In this document: positions 38,721 to 48,394 of the stretch, in pieces | Layout: every line of letters begins with the position of its first letter | Numbering within the stretch: the stretch's first letter is position 1 | Source of the DNA: Nitrospirota bacterium | Lineage (GTDB): Bacteria > Nitrospirota > UBA9217 | Direction: 5' to 3' | NCBI GenBank assembly: GCA_963751455.1 | Contig: CAVVUN010000006.1 | Coordinates: 160,001 to 224,000 of the forward strand | Length of the DNA stretch: 64,000 nt | The notes under the pieces: generated by a model | The model's database searches: none | What the model saw: only the letters and a program-made list of their open reading frames with translations | Told to the model about the DNA's origin: nothing | Made by a program: the position numbers and the translations under genes

Positions 38721-39084
38721 TTAGATCCATACACCGCTCGTCGCGGTTTTCTCGCTCACGACTTCTCCGGTGTTCGCCGTACCGGCCGCCTCGACGAGCA
38801 TAGCCCTGCATTCGGTCTTGGCCGACGTCTTGTGCTCCACGGACTTTGAAATGACGAACATCTCGCCTGCTGCGACCGGAGACATCACCGTCTCGGAAAT
38901 GAATCATCATCGCCCCATCGAGAACAATGAACACCTCGTCCGTGTCAGAGTGGCTGTGCCAAACAAACTCGCCTTGGAACTTCACAAGCTTAAAGTGATA
39001 GTCGTTCATCTGCGCGATGATCTTCGGCGACCAGTGCTCAGAGAACTTCGAAAACTTTTCACTGAGGTTGATTGCGGTCTTCAT
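38721..39084 (-). CDS. cupin domain protein, frameshift near 38875; stop codon lies within ATCTAAC (attC R''-like)
   Basis: [34 protein letters not shown], then AGEMFV..K.VEHK...NTG...GVWI* in a second frame. Confidence 0.85.
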
Positions 39085-39104
39085 ACGATTCCGTTCTCCC
39101 TGTA

Positions 39105-39170
39105 GGTTAACGTTTGACCTGAGCGGACGAAAAACAACATCTGTTCGCCGGTCCGATGAAAGGGTTAGCG
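39105..39170 (-). other. attC-like site (66 bp)
   Basis: CGCTAAC-CCTTT-CATCGG...GCTCAGGT-CAAAC-GTTAACC, close to the familiar CCTAACCCTTCCATCGAG...CTCATGTCAAACGTTAG attC type; followed by the RBS of the next gene. Confidence 0.6.
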
Positions 39171-39215
39171 ACCTTGGGCGCAAGAGCCTCGACGCTCATG
39201 ATGCGGGCCTCTAAT

Positions 39216-39716
39216 TCACGCGGCGGACGCAATCGGTGGTTGTGCGGGCAAATTTTGAATCTCATACTCATATAAATCGGTTTCCTGACCATACTTATCT
39301 ATGCCTTTTCCGATGTACTTCCATCCTCTTTTGCTGTAAAAACTTCCCTTGTTTTCAGTTTTTAAAAATACTTTTTCATAACCAAGTGATTTTGCCTCGT
39401 TAAGTGCATAGTTGATCAACTTTTCGCCAACGCCCTTATTTCGATAATCATGTCCAACGACAAGCGATGCCAACCAGGGTGATAAATCCATTCGCGTCGT
39501 TAAATCATTTACAAACAACGACGCTGTTCCAATACATTCGTTATTTTCTATCGCAACATAGGTTATTGGCAATCTATTGTTGTTTGTTTTTTTAATAAAT
39601 TCCACGACGTCATTAAAAGTAAATTGCGATTTGGATTTACTGACAAATTCATCATAAATGAATTTGGCTACAGCTTCCGCCATGTCGATATTGTCATACA
39701 GCTTTTCAATTTTCAT
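39216..39716 (-). CDS. GNAT acetyltransferase, low-GC cassette-like gene
   Basis: PWLASLVV...YRNKGVG, FYSKRGW; markedly AT-rich. Confidence 0.88.
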   Translation of the reverse strand: MKIEKLYDNIDMAEAVAKFIYDEFVSKSKSQFTFNDVVEFIKKTNNNRLPITYVAIENNECIGTASLFVNDLTTRMDLSPWLASLVVGHDYRNKGVGEKLINYALNEAKSLGYEKVFLKTENKGSFYSKRGWKYIGKGIDKYGQETDLYEYEIQNLPAQPPIASAA

Positions 39717-39730
39717 TTACATCATTCCTT

Positions 39731-39790
39731 GATCGACATCCGAAATCAGCGGCGCGATTGTGCAGCCTCCGCTGGAGTGACTTGTCCTGT
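39731..39790 (-). other. attC-like site (60 bp) with complementary GAC/GTC in place of AAC/GTT
   Basis: ACAGGAC-AAGTC-ACTCCAGCGG...CCGCTGATTT-CGGAT-GTCGATC, directly followed by the RBS and ATG of the GNAT gene. Confidence 0.5.
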
Positions 39791-39984
39791 CATGTAATCT
39801 CGACATGCCTCCTGGATTGCAGCATGCATCCTCCTGTATTCCTGAAGGGCCGTTCTGCTCGCAGCATTCGCTGTTATGCCGTCCAGAGAAACGGCGTTGC
39901 GAAGCGTATCCTCGGGCCAGTCGAAACGATAGCTATCGAAAAACAGTGTGAAACTCCCCTTCTCAGAATGCCGGGCGATCAGGG

Positions 39985-40881
39985 TTATGCCAGTTTCCGC
40001 CGGATGATTTGACCGACCTGATCGAGAGCCTGCTGTCCTTCCGGCAGTTGGGCAGCGAATGCGTGCCAAACATGCCACATGCCCTCCCAGACGTCCAACG
40101 TCACCTCAACCCCGACTGCCTTCGCCCGCTCTGCCACACGTATCGAATCGTCCAGCATGATCTCATCGCTGCCGACATGGATGAGCAACGGCGGCAGGCC
40201 GCTTAGATCAGCGTAGAGCGGTGAGATGAGCGGATGACGCAAATCCATTTCACCTGAATAGAGAGCGGCATGGTATCGATTCATATCGGGGGTCACCATG
40301 GGATCCGCTTCGGCGCGGGTGGTCATTGATTCACCGGTCCCGGCGAGGTCGGTCCAGGGCGAGAGGAGCACCGCGCTTGCCGGAAGTGCAACACCGGCAT
40401 CGCGGAGCGTAACCAGCGTAGCAAGGGTCAGGCCGCCGCCTGACGATACGCCCACAATGACGATATGGTGGGGCAGTATGCCCTGGTCGAGCAACCAACG
40501 ATAGGCTGCAGTTACATCTTCTATGGCGGCGGGGAAAGGATGTTCCGGCGCCAGACGATAGTCAATGACCAAGGCACGACATCCTGAAGCAGTCGAGAGA
40601 AGAGAGGCTATACGATGCACCGATTGGCTGGAACCCATGGTATAACCTCCGCCGTGGAGACAGAGGATGATTTTATCTGTAGCCGTATCGGGAGCGCTGA
40701 CCCAGTCGCAAGGCACACCGCCTGCAGTGATCGGCTCAACTTGGGTCCCGGCGGGCAAAGGCGTTTGTCTTGCCAACGCGTTGAGACCATCTCGTGCCTC
40801 TTGGATAGAGGACGGCGGGGGAGCATTTTTCATATTCTGAACCAACCAGAGCCGTATTTGTTGACTTTCCGGGCTTAACAT
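39985..40881 (-). CDS. alpha/beta hydrolase (HSL-like esterase)
   Basis: HGGGY, DYRLAPEHPFPAA, GVSSGG, GMWHVW. Confidence 0.92.
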   Translation of the reverse strand: MLSPESQQIRLWLVQNMKNAPPPSSIQEARDGLNALARQTPLPAGTQVEPITAGGVPCDWVSAPDTATDKIILCLHGGGYTMGSSQSVHRIASLLSTASGCRALVIDYRLAPEHPFPAAIEDVTAAYRWLLDQGILPHHIVIVGVSSGGGLTLATLVTLRDAGVALPASAVLLSPWTDLAGTGESMTTRAEADPMVTPDMNRYHAALYSGEMDLRHPLISPLYADLSGLPPLLIHVGSDEIMLDDSIRVAERAKAVGVEVTLDVWEGMWHVWHAFAAQLPEGQQALDQVGQIIRRKLA

Positions 40882-40902
40882 TGTTTGTGCCTCCCCTTTT
40901 GG

Positions 40903-40956
40903 GTTTAACACGCGGGTGAAGGGTGCAGTACATGCTCCTCTCGCCAATAGTTGCGA
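40903..40956 (-). other. short degenerate attC-like site
   Basis: TCGCAAC...GGCGAGAGG / CCTTCACC-CGCGT-GTTAAAC (GTTRRRY), directly before the RBS of the hydrolase. Confidence 0.4.
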
Positions 40957-40990
40957 GTGTTACAGCAGGTTGCGATCTTTGTGTCAAGAC

Positions 40991-42229
40991 TTACGAAACT
41001 GATGCCTGTGCAAAACAGAACATCTCGGTTACTTTTCCTCCAGAGGAACCGTCACGAAGCGAAAGGTATTTCGCTTGCATGTCCTCTGTTGTGAGATGAT
41101 CAATAATCGTGAAGCCTCTCTCCGATAAAAACGAACCAATTTTTCCCTCTTCAATTTCAAATTGCATGGCTTCTCCGGGAAAATGAGCTTTCATGGTTTT
41201 CCTCAATTCGTGTACGCCGTATCCATCCAATTTATGCGGTGAAAAAAATGTATAGTCGAAGCATAGAGTGCTGCCGACAGGTGAATTCGATTTGACAAAA
41301 TTCAGGGTGTCATTAACAGCTTTAGGTGATAAGTAAAAGGTGACACCTTCCCATATGAATAATGTTTTTTTATTCCTATCAAAGCCTGACCGCAACAGTA
41401 CTTCCTTTAGGGGGTCCTTATCGAAGTTTACCGAAACAAAAGTCAGCTGTTCCGGCTTAAGAATACCTGATTTCTGCAATAGCTCTTTTTTCCTCTGCTG
41501 CGTCGTAGGGGCATCTACCTCGAAGATTCTGGTCTGCTTGATAATTTCCCTGAAACGATACGATCTACTGTCGTACCCCGCACCTAAGAATACAATCTGC
41601 GGAATATTTTCTCGCAGTGCCCTTTCCACGACCTGATCGAAGTACGCCGTGCGGGCAATCATGTATTCATACATCCCGGGGATGGTTCCCGTCTTTATCA
41701 ACCAGCTCCTTGTGGCCGGGTCTTTAATTACTTTTTTGCGGTCTTCCGGAAGAAACTTTTTCGCGAGATAATCACCACCTCTGATCTCTTCTCTCTCATC
41801 CAGCGAGGCGAGGGCGCGATAAAACGTAACGATCATAGCGGTTTCAGACGGTTGTTGCTCGATGGATCTCTTGGTCTTGTCCGCTGTCGTGCCGATAATC
41901 CCGAGTATATTTCCAAATGGATCAACTACGCTCGCCCTCCTCGTCCCGGAAATAGTGTCAATTTCAGTATGAGAAGCAGCGCCCGCTTGAAGGAGCAGCT
42001 TATACGCGGCATCTACATCATCAACGCCCCAATAAATCGTGGCGGTTTCATCGCTCTTGGACAGCGGCCCTGCAGCCGGTGTAAGGACTAATTCGGAATC
42101 TCCGACTGGAAAGATTACAGCGAACGGCGAATCGAACTTGGGTTCTGCTTCAAGAATCTTCCGATACCAATTTTTTGCTTTTTCAATATCCGAGACCCGA
42201 TAAGCTACTCTAATGAGGCGCTTGAACAT
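40991..42229 (-). CDS. VOC/glyoxalase domain fused to an LCM-type SAM methyltransferase
   Basis: N-terminal VSDIEKA..WY, VVDPFGN.LG; C-terminal ARTAYFD, Q.V.LGAGYDSR, FEVD.P, IWEGV..YL. Confidence 0.85.
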   Translation of the reverse strand: MFKRLIRVAYRVSDIEKAKNWYRKILEAEPKFDSPFAVIFPVGDSELVLTPAAGPLSKSDETATIYWGVDDVDAAYKLLLQAGAASHTEIDTISGTRRASVVDPFGNILGIIGTTADKTKRSIEQQPSETAMIVTFYRALASLDEREEIRGGDYLAKKFLPEDRKKVIKDPATRSWLIKTGTIPGMYEYMIARTAYFDQVVERALRENIPQIVFLGAGYDSRSYRFREIIKQTRIFEVDAPTTQQRKKELLQKSGILKPEQLTFVSVNFDKDPLKEVLLRSGFDRNKKTLFIWEGVTFYLSPKAVNDTLNFVKSNSPVGSTLCFDYTFFSPHKLDGYGVHELRKTMKAHFPGEAMQFEIEEGKIGSFLSERGFTIIDHLTTEDMQAKYLSLRDGSSGGKVTEMFCFAQASVS

Positions 42230-42325
42230 AGCTCATCCCCCTGCGCATATTTGCTGCCGTACAATGTCTGAACTCAACGTGAGATTTATTATATGCTCCT
42301 CGCATGCCGAAAAGAATAAAGATGA

Positions 42326-42772
42326 CTACAACTTTATCAAAAATTCGCATACCTCGTCGCCCCTGCCGATGGAGCGTTTGATTTCTACCTCAACCGTCTT
42401 TTTTTCCGCCTGGGAAAATATTGCTTCCATCATGCCCTGTGAGCAATAACATTGGACGGGATGAAGTTCGATCAATCCGGACCGGACAAGCGGGCAGCCG
42501 CATTCGCCAAATATGCTTTTGACGGTATTCCCTTCAAACTCCCACTTGCCGTTCAGCTTGCGCTTGTCACGAAGCATATTCCATCCTGTTACAAGATCCT
42601 CAACGGAGCCTACCCTTCTTTCCAGGTACTTTTCACATAGTTGCATTAAATCTGAAGCACATGCTTTTCCGGCCGGCATCATTATGGTGTATTTCAGGTT
42701 CTTGTCAAGCCGGTCAATGCTTTCATGCAAACGCGCTATCCAGGTTCTATTTTTGCCTACCGGAATGTTCAT
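42326..42772 (-). CDS. V4R-like Cys-containing protein (DUF6144-like)
   Basis: G..C, CGCP, C.CS.G, SI.RG...CEF.I. Confidence 0.65.
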   Translation of the reverse strand: MNIPVGKNRTWIARLHESIDRLDKNLKYTIMMPAGKACASDLMQLCEKYLERRVGSVEDLVTGWNMLRDKRKLNGKWEFEGNTVKSIFGECGCPLVRSGLIELHPVQCYCSQGMMEAIFSQAEKKTVEVEIKRSIGRGDEVCEFLIKL

Positions 42773-42802
42773 TATCGCCTCCAGCAGAAAGGGGCTCACA
42801 CG

Positions 42803-43246
42803 TTACCGCTCCTCGTCTTTGTTCAGAATGATATCAACCATGGTTTTCCGCGGTTGACAGAACAGCTTCTTGACCCGGCCCCGAAATTCTTCCGGTGTAA
42901 CATGTTCTTCGTGTGTGCCGATCACAATTCTGATATTTGAGAAGGATTGTTGAAGCGCATCCCTGTATTTTTCCTTGAACGGACAAAGTGCCTTTATGCA
43001 ATAGGAAAAATGTATAGTGTCGACCTGGAAATCGGTTAATGCCCGGATTCTATTGATCAGCTTGTCAGGTCCGGTGAGCGTAGGACAGCCCGGACAGTTT
43101 ATAATACCCATGAGTGTGAGTTTTTCATCAGGCGGGTAATTTGCGAACGTCCCTTTTCTTTTTCTAAAATCCGCCAGACAACTGGCTGAAGAGCAGCCGA
43201 GGTCCTGTGTAGCATTGGAACAAGTCAAAATGCCTATTCTTGCCAT
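42803..43246 (-). CDS. CGGC-domain-like protein
   Basis: IGILTC, C....C, G.F..Y, CPGCP, IH.S.C, CP, GTH. Confidence 0.75.
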   Translation of the reverse strand: MARIGILTCSNATQDLGCSSASCLADFRKRKGTFANYPPDEKLTLMGIINCPGCPTLTGPDKLINRIRALTDFQVDTIHFSYCIKALCPFKEKYRDALQQSFSNIRIVIGTHEEHVTPEEFRGRVKKLFCQPRKTMVDIILNKDEER

Positions 43247-43378
43247 ATCCGGTCCTCACTTTTCTTATTCATGAATTACTTCTAAAAATCTGAGAGCACT
43301 TTACTATCGACCCTGCAGAAGCGTATGTTGCGCCTGGCGAGATCCAGCAGTCAATTTCTTTGCCCAAGTTTTCTTTCC

Positions 43379-43572
43379 AGTGGAGCCCCCTCCGGCAGGA
43401 GCCGGAGGCTCCCCTCAATAACGCGACCTCCCGCCTGCACCAAGCGTTTACGAGTGCGCTTAGCGCGAGTGCATGGCGGAACTGCTAACTCGCGTTTGCA
43501 CGGCGCTTCATGCCGGCGCGAGTTAGCGCTTTCCACCCCCGGCGGGAGCCGGGGGATGCCAAGGCGCGGGAT
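43379..43572 (+). repeat. palindromic non-autonomous element, copy C (long form)
   Basis: Homologous to 12566-12763 (inverted) and 17520-17629. Confidence 0.7.
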
Positions 43573-43591
43573 AGCAAGCTTCCGCCAGGCT

Positions 43592-43969
43592 TCAGTTCTT
43601 CCTGTCTCTCAGCCATTTTGTTGCTTCGTCAAGATCGAAAAAGAACTTTAATGTTTCCGTTTGCATGAATTCTTTTTCCGCTCTTCCCTGCGGTGAATCG
43701 CCGATTATCATGATGACATAGTCGATCTTTTGTCTTATAGCTGAAGCTGTTCCAATTCCTTGACGCCATGTCTTGTGCGCCATCAAGCTAGTAAAGTTTG
43801 CGCCTTGCATATTTATGATCACATTGATCCTGCCGTCTTGCTGAATGTCAGTCTCAATGATTTCGACAGCTTCCTTTACACCCCTTTCGGCGTCTTCAAT
43901 CGTTACGTCTCCGCTAATCCGGTGCATCACGGTAGCTCTAATATCCTTATGTTTTTCTGTGATGAGCAT
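43592..43969 (-). CDS. SpoIIAA/STAS-like hypothetical protein
   Basis: SG.VT, IINM, C-terminal FF.DLDEA..WL pattern. Confidence 0.6.
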   Translation of the reverse strand: MLITEKHKDIRATVMHRISGDVTIEDAERGVKEAVEIIETDIQQDGRINVIINMQGANFTSLMAHKTWRQGIGTASAIRQKIDYVIMIIGDSPQGRAEKEFMQTETLKFFFDLDEATKWLRDRKN

Positions 43970-45415
43970 TTTGCTCGTGTAATTCAGTCAAGCCCTTTAC
44001 AAATTCGATCACTGCTTTCGAAACGGTCATCCCGGACGCAACACAATCGCCGACTCCGATGCCGTGATAAGAGCAGCCGGCCAGAAAGAGTCCTTTGTGC
44101 CGAGAGAGCCGATCTTCTATACATCGCACCCGTTCAAGGTGTCCCAATGTATATTGAGGCCGCTCTTCAATCCAGCGATGAATAGCCGTCTTGACCGGAG
44201 CAGCTGTAATTCCGAAAAGATCGGACAACTCTTCCCGGACAAGCTTGATCAGATCTCTGTCCTCCATCAAGGCCAACTCCTGGTTCCGGTAGCCTCCCAG
44301 GAAGACCCTTATGAGACTATATTTTGGCTCAGGAACACGGTTATTCCACTTCGTGGAGCTGAGCGTCAGTGCCGATATCTTTCTTTTCTCCATAGCGGGA
44401 ATCATCAGTCCGAATCCGTCCGGAATTTTCGCGAGTTCATGCGATCTGAAGGCCAGGGACAGATTTGCGGAGGATCCCTGAGGGATCTCCCGCAATAGGC
44501 CGGCGACCCGGCTATCCACTTCATCAAGAATCCGCGCTGCCTGATTTGACACCGTTGCAAGAACCGCCGCATCAACTTCCATCGGATCATGGCCATTCGA
44601 GAAAAACAACTTGTAGCCGGTTTTATTTTTACGCGATACTTTTTCGATCCGGGTTACGCTTCTCCCCGTAAGGATCCGATTTTTTTCCAGACCTGCAATA
44701 AGAGAATCAGTGATCTCGCCCATCCCATGCATGAAACTCAGGAAGTGACTTCCGCTCGCCTTGGACTTCGCAAACGAGGTTTTTACTCTGGCTGTCAGCA
44801 TGGCCCGGGTCATGCTTCCATACTCTTCTTCCATTTTTAAGAAAGCGGGGAAAGCTGGCTTGAAGACTCATCGTTTCCGGATTATTGGAATGAATGCCGC
44901 CGACCAGGGGCGCCGCAATTTTGTCGAGAATTTCTTGCCCTAAACGCCGCTGAACGAACGACGGCAGCGTCTCGTCCGCAGCATCTTTCCTTCTTGGAAT
45001 GAAAGCATCGCAGGCCATACGCGCTTTGCCTTTCCACGAGATCAGGGGGCTGAGCAGGAAGGGGGTTATCTTCGTTGGAAGGAGCAGCAGGAGACCTTCA
45101 GGCAGTTCATGAATTTTGCCCTGGGAATAGATGTAAGGAGCGTTTGCTTGATTCGTTCGGATTTAAAACTCGGTCTTCAATGCCGAGCTGAGATACGAGC
45201 TGATTGACCCACGGCTTTTCGGCTATAAAACAATCAGGGCCTGCTTCGACACGGAAGCCATCGATATTCTCGGTAATTACTTTGCCGCCTAATCGCCTTG
45301 CTCGCTCGATAAGTACATAGTCGATGGGTTCGGATGAATTCTTATTATGCTGCTCCAAAGCATGGGCTATCGTCAGCCCGGTGATCCCGCCGCCGATTAT
45401 CGCAACACGTTTCAT
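43947..45415 (-). CDS. hemG: protoporphyrinogen/coproporphyrinogen oxidase (HemY type), frameshifts near 44835 and 45135
   Basis: IIGGGITGL, RLGG...T, EAGPD.F, FV.RRLG.E, PL.GGI, GFG.MIP, RW....PQY.LGH, GIGVGDCV. Confidence 0.9.
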
Positions 45416-45682
45416 AATCTATGTTTCACTCCTGGACGCCTTATTTTACAGAACCTACTTTGTTCAACAGCCAATTGCAACCTTCATTGAAGTCGTAAAA
45501 GAATCGCACGATTTCGGTTTAATCTTGGCATATGTTATTGTTTCAATCATAGTCATTCTCCGGCAATATTATTTATTGCAAATCCTGTCGTCAACAAGCA
45601 TGCGGCCGGTTCAAATTAGGAGTATAGCCGAGAATGAGAGGAGGTTAAAGAAAAAATGGCGGATATTTATGGAACAAATTTT

Positions 45683-45848
45683 GTAACCATTCAGCTTCTT
45701 TTCAGAACGGCATTAAGACAAATCTGAGAAAAAAACCTTCTATCCGCAGATTTCGCAGATTTACGCAGATTTTAACCGGAATTCTGGTTTTGTTTTTATC
45801 TGCGAAATCTGCGTAATCTGCGGATAAAAAAATGACCTGAATAGTTAC
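45683..45848 (+). mobile_element. IS66-type MITE copy 3 (166 bp), target duplication CAAATTTT
   Basis: Direct repeat at 45675-45682 and 45849-45856. Confidence 0.9.
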
Positions 45849-45987
45849 CAAATTTTGACTGTTCCTATCCTCATCATCTTCGCAGTACCGACCTCGGCAT
45901 CCGCGAATTGACTCTGCAGCAAGTTCTTCGATTCGCTTCGGTCGGACTTCTTCGCCGCTCGATTTATCGTCGGCCGTTCGCTGTGTT

Positions 45988-46848
45988 TCAACTCCCCGCC
46001 TCATTCCGAAATGATAGTTGCGATAGATATTCCTTGCTGAGTTCCATGACCATTTTCAACGCAAACTCGTCGGATTCCTTTATTCGCTCGAACCGGAATT
46101 TCTGATAGAGCAGGTCCATCTGCTTCAAAAAGGCAGTCAGCAGGATGTTACAGCTTTTTAGTATAGCATCAGGCTGCAGTGGCGCGTCGGAGTCCATGAT
46201 TGCCTTAACTATATAATCGCTTCCCCGGTTTTCATAATGGGACAGCGCAACGGCCCTCGGCGGGTTGTTCCGAAAATAATCATCAAGGTGGGCCATGAAG
46301 TATCGAACGTTTGTAAGCTCCGCATGGGCAAAGAAAAGTTCTTCCCGGCGGACGCGTCGATACACTTCCTGCGCACACGAAATCACCCGGCTAATGCTCC
46401 GATCGATCTCAGCGATGTCATGCGAAAAGGTCAAACCACGCGAAGTTTCGACAAGCCGGGCGACCAGACCCTCCGGATCGTACACTATCCGGACCGGCAG
46501 GCTATACCAGGGCGACGGTTTGAGGTGCTCGGGAGTAAAGTAAAAGACGTCCACTTTATTGAAAGGCTTGAAATGCGACACGCAGTGAATTGCATCTTCG
46601 ATCCATTCATTAAAGAGCCATTCTCCCCAGTTCTTCGGCATTGACAAGCGATCGGAAACGAATTTTTTATGGTACTCCGGATCGACGACTATTCGAAAAT
46701 CTATGTCTGAATAAGCATCGGTCGTTCCTTCCGCGACGGAGCCCCCGACAAAGATAGCCTTCACGCCCTTCCTCGACCGAAAATAATCAACTACATTTTT
46801 GAATAGTCTCTCGCGCGCATCAATTATTTCTTGTTCACTTATTGACAT
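45988..46848 (-). CDS. Pol-beta-superfamily nucleotidyltransferase (aminoglycoside adenylyltransferase-like)
   Basis: GGS.A.G..D.YSDID motif, VD.F, YDP.G, helical C-terminal domain. Confidence 0.75.
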   Translation of the reverse strand: MSISEQEIIDARERLFKNVVDYFRSRKGVKAIFVGGSVAEGTTDAYSDIDFRIVVDPEYHKKFVSDRLSMPKNWGEWLFNEWIEDAIHCVSHFKPFNKVDVFYFTPEHLKPSPWYSLPVRIVYDPEGLVARLVETSRGLTFSHDIAEIDRSISRVISCAQEVYRRVRREELFFAHAELTNVRYFMAHLDDYFRNNPPRAVALSHYENRGSDYIVKAIMDSDAPLQPDAILKSCNILLTAFLKQMDLLYQKFRFERIKESDEFALKMVMELSKEYLSQLSFRNEAGS

Positions 46849-46880
46849 ATATTTACCCTTTTGTCTGCTGATTATCCCGG

Positions 46881-48116
46881 CTAACACTTCAGGTTCTTCT
46901 TGATCCTCTCAACCGCCTCCTCTGCACTCGCCTGATTGCCTAAAGATGAAAGCCGGAAGAATCCTTCGCCACTCGGCCCAAAGCCGCTGCCCGGGGTGCC
47001 GACGACGTTGCACTCTTTGAGAAGCTTGTCGAAGAAAGCCCAACTGCTCATACCGCCGGGAGTTTTGAGCCAGATATAGGGGGCGTTGACGCCGCCGTAG
47101 ATGGTGAGGCCGGCGGAGGACAAGCCTTCGCGGATTATTTTGGCATTCCCCATGTAGTAGTCGATGATTTCCTTGATCTGTTTCCACCCTTCATCGGTGT
47201 AGACTGCGGCCGCAGCCTTCTGGACTGGATAGGAGGCGCCGTTAAACTTGGTGGTGGTGCGGCGCAGCCAGAGCTTGTTGAAACTGTAACGCTCGCCGGT
47301 GGAGGTCTTGCCGGTCAACTCTTCGGGAACGACCACCAGGCCGCAGCGGACGCCGGTGAAACCGGCGGTCTTGGAGAAGGAGCGGAACTCGATGGCGCAC
47401 TTCTTAGCCCCTTCCACCTCATAGATGGAATGGGGGAGTGACGGATTGGTGATGAATGCCTCGTAAGCGGCATCGAAGAAGATGACGGCATCGTTCGCGA
47501 CAGCGTAATCGACCCACTTCTTGAGCTCTGCTTTCGCGGCGACAGCGCCGGTGGGGTTATTAGGGAAGCAGAGATAGATGATGTCCACCTTTTCCTTCGG
47601 AAGCGCCGGTATGAAGTGGTTCGCCTCTGTGCACGGCAAGTAGACAACACCCTTGTAGTACCCCTCCGCGTCAGCCTCGCCGGTGCGGCCGATCATGACG
47701 TTGGTGTCGTTATAGACCGGGTAGACCGGATCGCCGATGGCGACAACGTTGTCGAGGTCGAAAATATCGAGGATGTTGGCTGTATCGCATTTAGAACCGT
47801 CTGATATAAAAATCTCCAGAGGTTTCAGCGAAACTCCGAGCGGCCTATATGACTTTTCGATAATAGCCTTAACGAGCCATTCGTACCCTTGCTCCGGGCC
47901 GTAGCCGGCAAACGTTTCCTCGCTCGCAAGGTCATTAACCGCATCATGGAAAGCTTTAATGACTAAGGGTGGGAGCGGTCGGGATACATCGCCGATGCCC
48001 AGCCGGATGACCTTGACATTGGGGTTTGCCTCAGTAAAGGCTCGGACGCGGCGTCCAATCTCAGGGAATAGGTATCCAGCCTTGAGTTTCAAGTAGTTGT
48101 CATTGATAAAAGCCAT
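46881..48116 (-). CDS. dapL: LL-diaminopimelate aminotransferase
   Basis: [61 protein letters not shown]. Confidence 0.95.
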   Translation of the reverse strand: MAFINDNYLKLKAGYLFPEIGRRVRAFTEANPNVKVIRLGIGDVSRPLPPLVIKAFHDAVNDLASEETFAGYGPEQGYEWLVKAIIEKSYRPLGVSLKPLEIFISDGSKCDTANILDIFDLDNVVAIGDPVYPVYNDTNVMIGRTGEADAEGYYKGVVYLPCTEANHFIPALPKEKVDIIYLCFPNNPTGAVAAKAELKKWVDYAVANDAVIFFDAAYEAFITNPSLPHSIYEVEGAKKCAIEFRSFSKTAGFTGVRCGLVVVPEELTGKTSTGERYSFNKLWLRRTTTKFNGASYPVQKAAAAVYTDEGWKQIKEIIDYYMGNAKIIREGLSSAGLTIYGGVNAPYIWLKTPGGMSSWAFFDKLLKECNVVGTPGSGFGPSGEGFFRLSSLGNQASAEEAVERIKKNLKC

Positions 48117-48142
48117 TACAGGAAAACCCCCTTGAAACGATA

Positions 48143-48308
48143 GTAACCATTCAGCTTCTTTTCAGAACGGCATTAAGACAAATCTGAGAAAAAACCCTTC
48201 TATCCGCAGATTTCGCAGATTTACGCAGATTTTAACCGGAATTCTGGTTTTGTTTTTATCTGCGAAATCTGCGTAATCTGCGGATAAAAAAATGACCTGA
48301 ATAGTTAC
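48143..48308 (+). mobile_element. IS66-type MITE copy 4 (166 bp), target duplication AAACGATA
   Basis: Direct repeat at 48135-48142 and 48309-48316, just upstream of the dapL RBS. Confidence 0.9.
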
Positions 48309-48394
48309 AAACGATAAATCAATAAGCAATAAATATAGAAACGCCTCACGTTTCTCTCGGCAGTATCCTTGAACCACTCAGTCAGATTAATCGA

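Noticed and set aside
46860-46895. attC R'-like GTTAGCC at the dapL stop
   Set aside because: No matching left half or stem; probably coincidence with the TAG stop.
18788-48308. CRISPR array suggested by the recurring GCAGAT repeats
   Set aside because: Copies are dispersed, have TIRs and target duplications, lack unique spacers, and no cas genes are present.
45702-48377. ORFs 45702..46004, 48162..48377 and 25091..25291 sharing VTIQVIFLSADYADFAD...
   Set aside because: They are translations of the MITE read in from unrelated flanks, not a protein family.
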